Shown one piece after another: positions 49,680 through 57,908 of a stretch of DNA of 64,000 nucleotides. The notes beneath the pieces were generated by a model, which saw nothing but the letters and a program-made list of their open reading frames with translations, was not told the DNA's origin and searched no databases. The position numbers and the translations under genes are program-made. Positions within the stretch are counted from its first letter, which is position 1, and the number at the start of each line of letters is the position of its first letter. Where the stretch lies: assembly GCA_038062795.1 (NCBI GenBank), contig JBBTWM010000033.1:5615-69614 (forward strand), read 5' to 3'. Source of the stretch: Patescibacteria group bacterium. Its GTDB lineage: Bacteria; Patescibacteriota; Microgenomatia; UBA10105; UBA927.

Positions 49680-50675
49680 ATGAAAAAAGCAAGCAAAAAT
49701 ATCAAGACTGCGTTAGTATGCGGAGCCGGAGGATTTATCGGCGGACACCTCGTGAAGCGCCTCAAGAAAGAAGGCTATTGGGTGAGGGGGGCAGATATCA
49801 AGCGGCATGAATACAGCAAAAGTCAGGCAGACGAGTTTTTGGTAGGGGACCTTCGTGATCAGAATTTTTGCAAAAAAGTGTTTAACCGTCCGCTTGATGA
49901 GGTCTACCAGCTTGCGGCAGATATGGGAGGAGCAGGGTATATTTTTACCGGCGATCATGATGCCGACGTGATGCACAATTCTGCACAAATAAATCTCAAC
50001 GTTTTGCATTTTGGGAGACTCGCAAAAATTAAAAAGATATTTTTTTCTTCCTCAGCATGTATTTATCCTGAACGGAACCAGATGGATGCCAGTAAGCCGA
50101 ATTGTGAGGAATCATCAGCCTACCCTGCGGCCCCCGACAGCGAGTACGGATGGGAAAAGATTTTCAGCGAACGGCTATATCAGGCGTTTCGGAGAAATTA
50201 CGATATGGAGGTGCATATTGCGCGTTTTCATAATATTTTTGGCCCTGAAGGAAGCTGGAATAACGGCAAAGAAAAGTCTCCTGCAGCCATCTGCCGCAAA
50301 GTAGCTCAGGCCCAAAACGGGGGCACTATAGAAATGTGGGGGGATGGCAAACAGACGCGTTCTTACCTTTACATAGATGAGTGTCTTGAGGGTGTCCGGA
50401 GACTGATGAATAGCAAATTTTCCGGACCGGTCAACATAGGGTCGGAAGAGATGGTAAGTATCAATAAGCTCGCCGAAATGGCAATGCAGATAGCAGGAAA
50501 AAAACTGAATATTAAGCATATCAAAGGACCCTTGGGAGTACGCGGAAGATCCTCAGATAATAGATTAATCAGAAAACAGTTAGATTGGGAACCGACGAGC
50601 AAGTTGTTAGACGGCCTCACCAAAACGTATACATGGATAGACGAACAGGTCAAACATCATCGCAAGGACAAATAA
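49680..50675 (+). CDS. GDP-mannose 3,5-epimerase-like extended SDR
   Basis: GAGGFIG, LAADMGGAGYI, SSACIYP, YGWEK, RFHNIFGPEG, EKSPAA. Confidence 0.85.
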   Translation: MKKASKNIKTALVCGAGGFIGGHLVKRLKKEGYWVRGADIKRHEYSKSQADEFLVGDLRDQNFCKKVFNRPLDEVYQLAADMGGAGYIFTGDHDADVMHNSAQINLNVLHFGRLAKIKKIFFSSSACIYPERNQMDASKPNCEESSAYPAAPDSEYGWEKIFSERLYQAFRRNYDMEVHIARFHNIFGPEGSWNNGKEKSPAAICRKVAQAQNGGTIEMWGDGKQTRSYLYIDECLEGVRRLMNSKFSGPVNIGSEEMVSINKLAEMAMQIAGKKLNIKHIKGPLGVRGRSSDNRLIRKQLDWEPTSKLLDGLTKTYTWIDEQVKHHRKDK

Positions 50676-50682
50676 TACAACT

Positions 50683-51504
50683 ATGCAGACAAACTTAGTT
50701 ATCGGTTCCGAGGGATTTATCGGCACGCCCTTTTGCCGTTTCCTCGAAGGAAAAGGAGAAAAAGTTATCCGTTTTGATATCAGACGGGACAAAGAAGAAG
50801 ATGCCCGATTTGTAAAGCTTCCGTTTTCGAACGTCGATAAAGTATATTTTCTCGCATGGGACGTAGGCGGGAGCAAATACCTCTACGAGCCCAAACTTCA
50901 AAAAAACCAGCTTGATTGGAATCTTTCGCTCATGAAAAACGTATTTGACCAGCTGGAGAAAGCCAAAAAACCGTTCGTTTTTATTTCGAGCCAGTTATCT
51001 GAAGAAGTCGATACGGTATATGGGGTAACGAAACGGTTGGGTGAGGTGTGGACCGATCTTTTAGGAGGCAAATGCGTACGTGTATGGAATGCCTATGGAT
51101 ATATGGAGGGGCAGGATGTGAAGAGTCACGTGATTTCTGACTTTATCTATCAGGCGCTCAAAACTAAAAAAATTACGATGATGACCAATGGCACTGAATG
51201 GCGTCAGTTTACCCATATTACCGATTTATCCAATGCTTTTTATATGGCACTCAATTCCAATGGACTACGGAAAATCGTATATGACGCGAGCAGTTACGAA
51301 TGGGTCCAGATTATTGACATGGCCAACATGATTGCCGAGTTTACCGGAGCCACAGTTGTCCCGGGCACCAAAATCGGTCATGACCCAATTGCCTCGCCAA
51401 ACAGAGGACGAATTCCCGGATGGTTGCCGACTATCGAGCTTCGGGACGGGATCCACGCGATGGTTGAAGAGGCTAAGCTCCGGATAAAGAATGAAAAACG
51501 CTAA
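50683..51504 (+). CDS. Short NAD-dependent epimerase/dehydratase-family SDR
   Basis: GSEGFIG, YGVTK, WNAYG, SHVISDFI, RQFTHITD. Confidence 0.75.
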   Translation: MQTNLVIGSEGFIGTPFCRFLEGKGEKVIRFDIRRDKEEDARFVKLPFSNVDKVYFLAWDVGGSKYLYEPKLQKNQLDWNLSLMKNVFDQLEKAKKPFVFISSQLSEEVDTVYGVTKRLGEVWTDLLGGKCVRVWNAYGYMEGQDVKSHVISDFIYQALKTKKITMMTNGTEWRQFTHITDLSNAFYMALNSNGLRKIVYDASSYEWVQIIDMANMIAEFTGATVVPGTKIGHDPIASPNRGRIPGWLPTIELRDGIHAMVEEAKLRIKNEKR

Positions 51505-52726
51505 CCTCGGCTTCAACAAAGACACTTCCGTTTTGTTTGCAACTTTCTCACTATGGGCAAACGGGAAACGCATGCCAACAAACGGTAGTGTGGAACCGCT
51601 TCGGGATTTTTTAGTTCCCAAAATAAAGAAATTAGTCCTGATTGACCAGTTGGTTCCCGGTGGAGAAGATGTTGCCTATAAAATTGAGGTATACACCAAC
51701 GGAAACATGAAGTGTGATACGCCCGATCCGTCATGGTGGTATGCCTGGTTTCGCCCCTGGCTTACATGGACAAACCGTAACGGAACGCAAATATCATTTA
51801 AAATCCGCGATTTTCTTTCTGTTGTCGATTGGCCCTTCCGTACGAACACTACCTATGATTACCTTATCGGTTTGGAAAGTATAAACGCGCTTGCCGGTAT
51901 CCTGCTTCGTCACTTCGGAAAAGTACGAAAAGTGGTATATTACGTTTCCGACTATTCTCCTGCAAGGTATCCCAATAAGCTGTTTAATGCCTTATATTTG
52001 GCACTTGATCGCTATTGTGCGAGGCATGCGGATTACATTTGGGATGTGTCCGATGCAATGCAGAAAGCGCGTATTGCGGCAGGGCTAGATCCTCAAACAT
52101 CAGCACCGGTTATCCATGTTGCAAATGGGTTATTTCCCGATCAGATAATCCCTGGTCATCCGAAGCAAAATAATATCCACGCATTGGCATACATGGGGAC
52201 GGTTGGACCCGAAAATGGGCCAGATGTGGCTATAGAAGCGCTGGCTATTGTACGAAAAAAATATTCAGACGCGGTGTTGCACATGATCGGGGGTAAACCT
52301 TCTGATTTTGCATGGCTTCTTCCGATAATTAAAAAGTTAGACTTGGAGCGCGTAGTGATTCACCATGGGTTTGTACCTAAGGCGGCGGATATGGCAAAAA
52401 TTATGAATGCATGTTCGATAGGCCTTGCACCATACAGAGCTATATCTGGTTCGCCCAGATACTACGGTGACGCAGGGAAAATACGTGCGTATGCAGGGGC
52501 TGGGTTGCCAATTATATGTTCTTCTGTCCCACCGTTGGGAAAGGAAGCTGCCGAACAGGGAGCGGCTATCGTTACCAACGACGATGCCCAGAGCATCGCA
52601 AAAATGGTAATGCAACTATTTTCTGATTCAGAATACTATACATCCTTACAGGAAAATGCGCGAAAGTTTGCAAAAAATAATACCTGGGAAAATCAATTTA
52701 TGTCAGCATTCACACGCATGAAATAG
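51491..52726 (+). CDS. GT4-like glycosyltransferase
   Basis: YYVSDYSPARY, YMGTV, GLAPY, DAGKIRAY.GAGLP. Confidence 0.8.
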   Translation: MKNANLGFNKDTSVLFATFSLWANGKRMPTNGSVEPLRDFLVPKIKKLVLIDQLVPGGEDVAYKIEVYTNGNMKCDTPDPSWWYAWFRPWLTWTNRNGTQISFKIRDFLSVVDWPFRTNTTYDYLIGLESINALAGILLRHFGKVRKVVYYVSDYSPARYPNKLFNALYLALDRYCARHADYIWDVSDAMQKARIAAGLDPQTSAPVIHVANGLFPDQIIPGHPKQNNIHALAYMGTVGPENGPDVAIEALAIVRKKYSDAVLHMIGGKPSDFAWLLPIIKKLDLERVVIHHGFVPKAADMAKIMNACSIGLAPYRAISGSPRYYGDAGKIRAYAGAGLPIICSSVPPLGKEAAEQGAAIVTNDDAQSIAKMVMQLFSDSEYYTSLQENARKFAKNNTWENQFMSAFTRMK

Positions 52727-52743
52727 GCATAGAGTATCTGCAT

Positions 52744-52761
52744 AAGCGCAATCTTGCGTTT
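52744..52761 (+). terminator. Possible weak hairpin/terminator
   Basis: AAGCGCAA-TC-TTGCGTTT inverted repeat in one of the few intergenic gaps; poor U tail. Confidence 0.25.
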
Positions 52762-52794
52762 ACGGTGAATACCCTATAAGATAAATCGTTATAC

Positions 52795-53424
52795 ATGATG
52801 AAATCATTGTTGCCCTATTTTTATAATCTTACATATTTCAAAGTATTGGAATGGAATTTACGGGACTGCCGTAATGTTTTAGATGTTGGTTGCGGAAGCG
52901 ATTCACCGATAGGACATATCCCACATACATTTATTTCCGAAGGAATTGACGCATACAAAAAATCAATCGATAAAAGTAAAAAGAAGAAATTGCATGATCA
53001 TTACCGGATAGGCAATATAATGAAGCTAAATTCATTTTATAAAAGGAAAAGTTTCGATGCGGTTGTTTGTCTGGATGTTATTGAACATCTTAAGCCTAAA
53101 GATACTGTGAAACTGATTCATCTCATGGAGAGTATTGCGATAAAAAAAGTAATCCTTCTTACCCCAAACGGTTTTTATCATCAACATGCACTTGAAGGAA
53201 ATATATATCAGGTGCATCAATCAGGTTGGAAAGCTGGTGATCTAGCAGATTTAGGATATAAAGTTTTCGGTTTGCGGGGATTGCAATTGTTGCGTGATGA
53301 TCACGCGTCAATAAAGTATCGCCCATGGATTTTTTGGGGATTTTGCTCATTTATTTCGGAAATTATTTTTTACCCATTCCCCGGCTTCTGTTTTGATTTA
53401 TTTGCGGTGAAAAACATGCGTTAA
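52795..53424 (+). CDS. Class I SAM-dependent methyltransferase
   Basis: VLDVGCGS, GIDAY, FDAVVCLDVIEHL, TPNG; visibly AT-rich. Confidence 0.85.
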   Translation: MMKSLLPYFYNLTYFKVLEWNLRDCRNVLDVGCGSDSPIGHIPHTFISEGIDAYKKSIDKSKKKKLHDHYRIGNIMKLNSFYKRKSFDAVVCLDVIEHLKPKDTVKLIHLMESIAIKKVILLTPNGFYHQHALEGNIYQVHQSGWKAGDLADLGYKVFGLRGLQLLRDDHASIKYRPWIFWGFCSFISEIIFYPFPGFCFDLFAVKNMR

Positions 53425-53425
53425 T

Positions 53426-56400
53426 ATGATGCGATTGCAGTCATTTCGAAAAATAATATTTGACATAGTTGTTATTGCGTTTATTTCGCTTATTCCGCTA
53501 TTTTGGTTTCCGAATGGGTACATTGTAACTGGTCATGATGCAGGATATCCCATAAACATCCAGGAAACATTTCGCAATAGACTATTTACTTGGAACAGCC
53601 AGCAAAATTTTGGAATTGACAATACCCCCAATGTCGGTGCTGTTCCAATTCATGCCATTGAGGCAGTGTTTTATGTCATGGGAGCGTCACCTGCCCAAGC
53701 ACAGCAATTTTCTTTTATGTTTTGGCTTTTTCTCATGATGGCTTCGATGTATACGCTAGCTTATTCGTTTCAACGGGACATTCCATATCGATTTTTTCCT
53801 CTTATCGCTTCTGTATTGTATGTTGTAAATTTTTTTCTCCTTGCACTGTGGCGCTATGGTGCTGCGACAACATTTTCCGCCTACTGCGCCCTCCCGATAA
53901 TACTCGCTCTCGTTATTGCTGCGCTTCAAAATAGAATTCCGGTACTAAAAGCCGGTATAGCTATTTCATTTGCTGCCATGGTCTTTAACGGTGGAGGAGG
54001 GTTGAGTCTCCCGCTGTTCGGAGCATTACTTATCAGTGTTCTGAGTGCCATAGTGTATTTTGCCGCCTTAGAGGGGAAAAACGGGTGGAAAGTCATAGTT
54101 TGGAAAACCATGTATCTTGGTCTCTGTATCATAATACTGTCGGCGATACTTAACGCCTACTGGCTATTCCCGTTCATTCATTACGCAACATCCAACTTTG
54201 CCCGCGGTCTCGAAGCAAACGGCGGAGCAGCGGGGGTTTTGGCATGGACAGATTCCGTGAGCAAATACACGAGTTTGATAAACCTATTCCGTTTACAGGG
54301 AATTCCTGAGTGGTACGATAACGCAGTTCACCCGTTTTCCAATGCGTATTTAACAAACCCGCTGTTAATCGGCGCCAGCTTTCTCTTTGCCCCTCTTGCC
54401 TACGCGTCGTTGTTATTCGCAAATGAAATCCGCCAAAAACAACTGATACTTTATTTTGTGCTGTTGTCCCTGATTGCCGCATTTTTTTCTGCAGGTACGC
54501 ATGCTCCCACGGGATGGTTATTTGCACAATTTATGCTTCATGTGCCCGGATTTGTCATTTTCCGCTCAGCACAATATAAATTTGTGCCTGCACTCTATTT
54601 ATCGTTTGCGATTCTTATTTCTTTTTCCCTAAATTATCTTATTTATAAAACCCCAGTATGGGAAAAATTTAAAGCAATATCTCCTCGATTATTACGCACA
54701 TCTGCGGTTTTTATATGCATCCTTGTTGTACTTGGGTACCATTGGCCGTATTTTCGGACGGAATTTTTTCAATACAGTCCTCCCTTAACGACGCTTTTAA
54801 AAGTTCCTGACTACGTACTTGCATATGACGAGTGGATCGACGATCACTTGGACGACGATAAGAGAACATTAATTTTGCCCCTTTACAATTCTTCATGGAA
54901 AGCGGCAGTATATTCGTGGAAATATTTCAGTTTGTACAGCCTGTTTAATATTATCCGACCGAAACCGTTTCTGGAGCATTCGCAAATGCTTAGCGGAAGC
55001 CAGCTTGCTTTGATGGAACGCTTTTCTCATGAGATTCTTCATCAAGGCCCCCTGGCGCGACAGTTTGCTGAGTTCTTGGGTGTCCGTTACATATTATTGA
55101 CCGGCGATGTAGATTTTTCCCTCAGAGGAATGCTTACGGAGAATCCTGCTGATTATAAAAAAGCGCTATCAAACTATCCCGTGTTGTGGACGAATGGACC
55201 ATGGCAACTCTATGAGGCCCCGAGTGTTACGGACACAAAGCCGTTATATTATATAAAATCGCTGACGCAGTACATAGGTAGAGAGCCAGACATTACCGGT
55301 GTTGTGATAAACGGGGCAAATAATTTTTTTCATCAGTATGACAAATCACATCCGATGGCGGTTGCCATAAGCCGCGATATTCCTATATCAAATACGATCG
55401 AAGCATTGCTGTGCGATTCATGCGTTATGGAAACGGCTGTAAATAAAATTGAAGTGCCCCACAGCCTTATATTGCCTGGATCAATTTTTTATACGCTCAA
55501 GCAATGGAAAGAAAAACCGCTGGAGCATGAGAGCCTGCCAGAGTCCCAATTGATTATAAACAAGCTGGGCTTGTCCCTTAAGCGCGTGTCGGATATTGCT
55601 TCATTAGTCCAACTGAATAAAAGCGAACGCAGCATCATGGTAACAGCCGACACGTTGATGGCATATTGGAAATATATAGAAGAAAAAGTAACGACCGGCG
55701 AAAATTCAGAGCCCGATTATTCGCTTCTGCACAGAATCGAAGGGTATGTTTTATCGGAAAAAGAAGTCCTGTTGAAGGCATATGGCGAATCAAAAAGCGG
55801 CGGTGTCCGTCAGCGTCTTATTTCGGTCATTAACAAACTTACGCAAATTGAAGTTGCAATTGTCGGTGTCCGGAACAAAACGTCTATTCTGAAGCAGTAC
55901 CGCGTGTCGCAAGTCGCTCAAAATGCTGAGTTTTTTCTGGATGCCGATTCACTTTCGAAAGATGTAAATCAATCGTATATATATCCGATGGCAATGGAGT
56001 TCAATGGTAAATCATTAGGGATTACCCCTGTGGCAGAGAATGAGCGCGTGTCGTTGGGCACGTTTGATTTGCGCGGAGTTGATCGGATAACCCTTCGTTT
56101 CCCCCAGCCTGCGAATGTATTGATAAATCGCCGCGTAGAGTCTGTCGTCGCATTCGGTACAACAAATTTCTGTATTGTCGGGGAGGCGGGAAATTTCAAT
56201 AGGAATAAAAGTTATAGAATACATATGCCTGATCCCTCCGGAACTCCTGAAGGAGCTGCGATCCATGTTGTTAGAAAAAAGAACTCTGTAACAAAGGATG
56301 AGGGAACATCGATAAATTATTTTACCAATCCTGACGTCACGTTTTCTATAAACCGGACGGCAACCGTACCGCAAAATTATTATTTTTCCGGAATAGACGG

Positions 56401-56947
56401 GGACATCGGGGTGACAGTATATTACTGTGCCTCAACGCAGATGACACAAGCGGGCGAGAGAGAGGACATATCTCTCGAGGAGATAGCTGCGCCAAGCCTT
56501 TTTATCAGCGCCCATGAACAATATGCATCAAACGCGCGAGTGGAAAATGCATCGTATACTCGCGTAGATCAAACCAAATACTATGTAGAATCGAATCAGG
56601 AGGCATGGCCTACGATATTGGTATTTAATCAGAACTACGACCGGAAGTGGAAGCTCTACGACATACAGGGTGATAACGGCCTCAATTCCTACCTGCCGGC
56701 GATTATGGAAACATGGTTTCAAAAGCCAATTGTGGAAAGCGATCATTTTGCAGTGAACGGGTACGCAAATGCCTGGTTATTGCGCAGCGAACCGTCAGGA
56801 AGGCTCGTGCTTGAATATTATCCGCAGCAGCTTCTCTACAAGGGCATCGTGGTAACAATAGCCAGTTTCGTTATACTTATAAGTGTGTATATGACAAATG
56901 GGAAGCGCGACAAACGGGAATCATTAACACAAATAGGAGCAGTATGA
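53426..56947 (+). CDS. Giant AftD-like GT-C membrane protein with large extracytoplasmic region
   Basis: TM1 then GHD motif, about 12 TMs, NAYWLFP, FRSAQYKF, VPDY, LGVRYILL, C-terminal FNQNYDRKW..NGYANAW..YYPQ plus final TM. Confidence 0.7.
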   Translation: MMRLQSFRKIIFDIVVIAFISLIPLFWFPNGYIVTGHDAGYPINIQETFRNRLFTWNSQQNFGIDNTPNVGAVPIHAIEAVFYVMGASPAQAQQFSFMFWLFLMMASMYTLAYSFQRDIPYRFFPLIASVLYVVNFFLLALWRYGAATTFSAYCALPIILALVIAALQNRIPVLKAGIAISFAAMVFNGGGGLSLPLFGALLISVLSAIVYFAALEGKNGWKVIVWKTMYLGLCIIILSAILNAYWLFPFIHYATSNFARGLEANGGAAGVLAWTDSVSKYTSLINLFRLQGIPEWYDNAVHPFSNAYLTNPLLIGASFLFAPLAYASLLFANEIRQKQLILYFVLLSLIAAFFSAGTHAPTGWLFAQFMLHVPGFVIFRSAQYKFVPALYLSFAILISFSLNYLIYKTPVWEKFKAISPRLLRTSAVFICILVVLGYHWPYFRTEFFQYSPPLTTLLKVPDYVLAYDEWIDDHLDDDKRTLILPLYNSSWKAAVYSWKYFSLYSLFNIIRPKPFLEHSQMLSGSQLALMERFSHEILHQGPLARQFAEFLGVRYILLTGDVDFSLRGMLTENPADYKKALSNYPVLWTNGPWQLYEAPSVTDTKPLYYIKSLTQYIGREPDITGVVINGANNFFHQYDKSHPMAVAISRDIPISNTIEALLCDSCVMETAVNKIEVPHSLILPGSIFYTLKQWKEKPLEHESLPESQLIINKLGLSLKRVSDIASLVQLNKSERSIMVTADTLMAYWKYIEEKVTTGENSEPDYSLLHRIEGYVLSEKEVLLKAYGESKSGGVRQRLISVINKLTQIEVAIVGVRNKTSILKQYRVSQVAQNAEFFLDADSLSKDVNQSYIYPMAMEFNGKSLGITPVAENERVSLGTFDLRGVDRITLRFPQPANVLINRRVESVVAFGTTNFCIVGEAGNFNRNKSYRIHMPDPSGTPEGAAIHVVRKKNSVTKDEGTSINYFTNPDVTFSINRTATVPQNYYFSGIDGDIGVTVYYCASTQMTQAGEREDISLEEIAAPSLFISAHEQYASNARVENASYTRVDQTKYYVESNQEAWPTILVFNQNYDRKWKLYDIQGDNGLNSYLPAIMETWFQKPIVESDHFAVNGYANAWLLRSEPSGRLVLEYYPQQLLYKGIVVTIASFVILISVYMTNGKRDKRESLTQIGAV

Positions 56948-57315
56948 TGGAACGTCTAAGACCGATACAACACGCGTTTGAACAAAAAATTCTCGCATAC
57001 GGGCAGGCTCATGTGTTTGAGCTGGAAATATTTGCGGTAGCTATACTTGCTGTGGCCCTAATTGGGAAAATTCCGTATCTCAACATAGTTATTACAAAGC
57101 AAATTTCTTTGCTGCTGCTTATTGTTTTTGGGGCATATTTATTTCAGATAAAAAAACAGGTGTTATTAACCTTTTCATTGTTATTATTTGCGTGCGCACT
57201 TGTGTTGTCTCTTGCAGGAAAAATGGACTCAGCTGAATCTATAGGCACTATCATATATGCATTACTATGGTTTGTGGCAATGCTTTATGTTAAGGATATA
57301 TGGCGGCAAATATGA
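56944..57315 (+). CDS. Small integral membrane protein (about 4 TM), unknown function
   Basis: Hydrophobic 123 aa ORF with ATGA overlaps on both sides and AGGAG upstream. Confidence 0.7.
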   Translation: MMERLRPIQHAFEQKILAYGQAHVFELEIFAVAILAVALIGKIPYLNIVITKQISLLLLIVFGAYLFQIKKQVLLTFSLLLFACALVLSLAGKMDSAESIGTIIYALLWFVAMLYVKDIWRQI

Positions 57316-57908
57316 ACAAATATTTTTCTATACTTGCAAGAAAAGGATTTGTTGAGTGTGTTGTCGGCGCAGTATCGATAAGTGTTATGAAACTATACTC
57401 TCTCGTGCAATCTGTTTTTTTGAATACGCGCGGATACGGCATAGGATCCGGCGTTATAGTGAGTCCCACAGCAGTTTTCTTTCAAAGCAGAAGTAGAGCT
57501 ATCTCGGTCGGGCGAAACACTCGAATCGGGAGAAATACGAGAATTAATGCAGGATTTGACGGAAAAATAAACATTGGCGCAAATGCACATATAGATGATG
57601 GTACGTTTATTATGGCCCAGGAGGATATACGCATAGGCAGCGATACGTGGATAGCCGGGTGTTGTTTTATTACCGACTTTAATCATTCATTTGAAAAAAG
57701 GAACATAAAAATATCAGATCAGGGATATGAAACGAAGCCGGTACGTATAGGCGCAGATGTTTGGATAGGTACGCACAGCGTCATATTACCTGGTGTCACA
57801 ATAGGCGATGGGGCAGTCATTGGGGCAGGATCGATTGTGACCAAGAGTGTACCCCCATATGCGGTAGTTGCAGGAAACCCTGCGAAGATCATAAAACTAA
57901 GAAAATGA
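57312..57908 (+). CDS. Hexapeptide-repeat (left-handed beta-helix) O-acetyltransferase
   Basis: [12 protein letters not shown]...[35 protein letters not shown]; start moved to ATG 57312. Confidence 0.9.
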   Translation: MNKYFSILARKGFVECVVGAVSISVMKLYSLVQSVFLNTRGYGIGSGVIVSPTAVFFQSRSRAISVGRNTRIGRNTRINAGFDGKINIGANAHIDDGTFIMAQEDIRIGSDTWIAGCCFITDFNHSFEKRNIKISDQGYETKPVRIGADVWIGTHSVILPGVTIGDGAVIGAGSIVTKSVPPYAVVAGNPAKIIKLRK

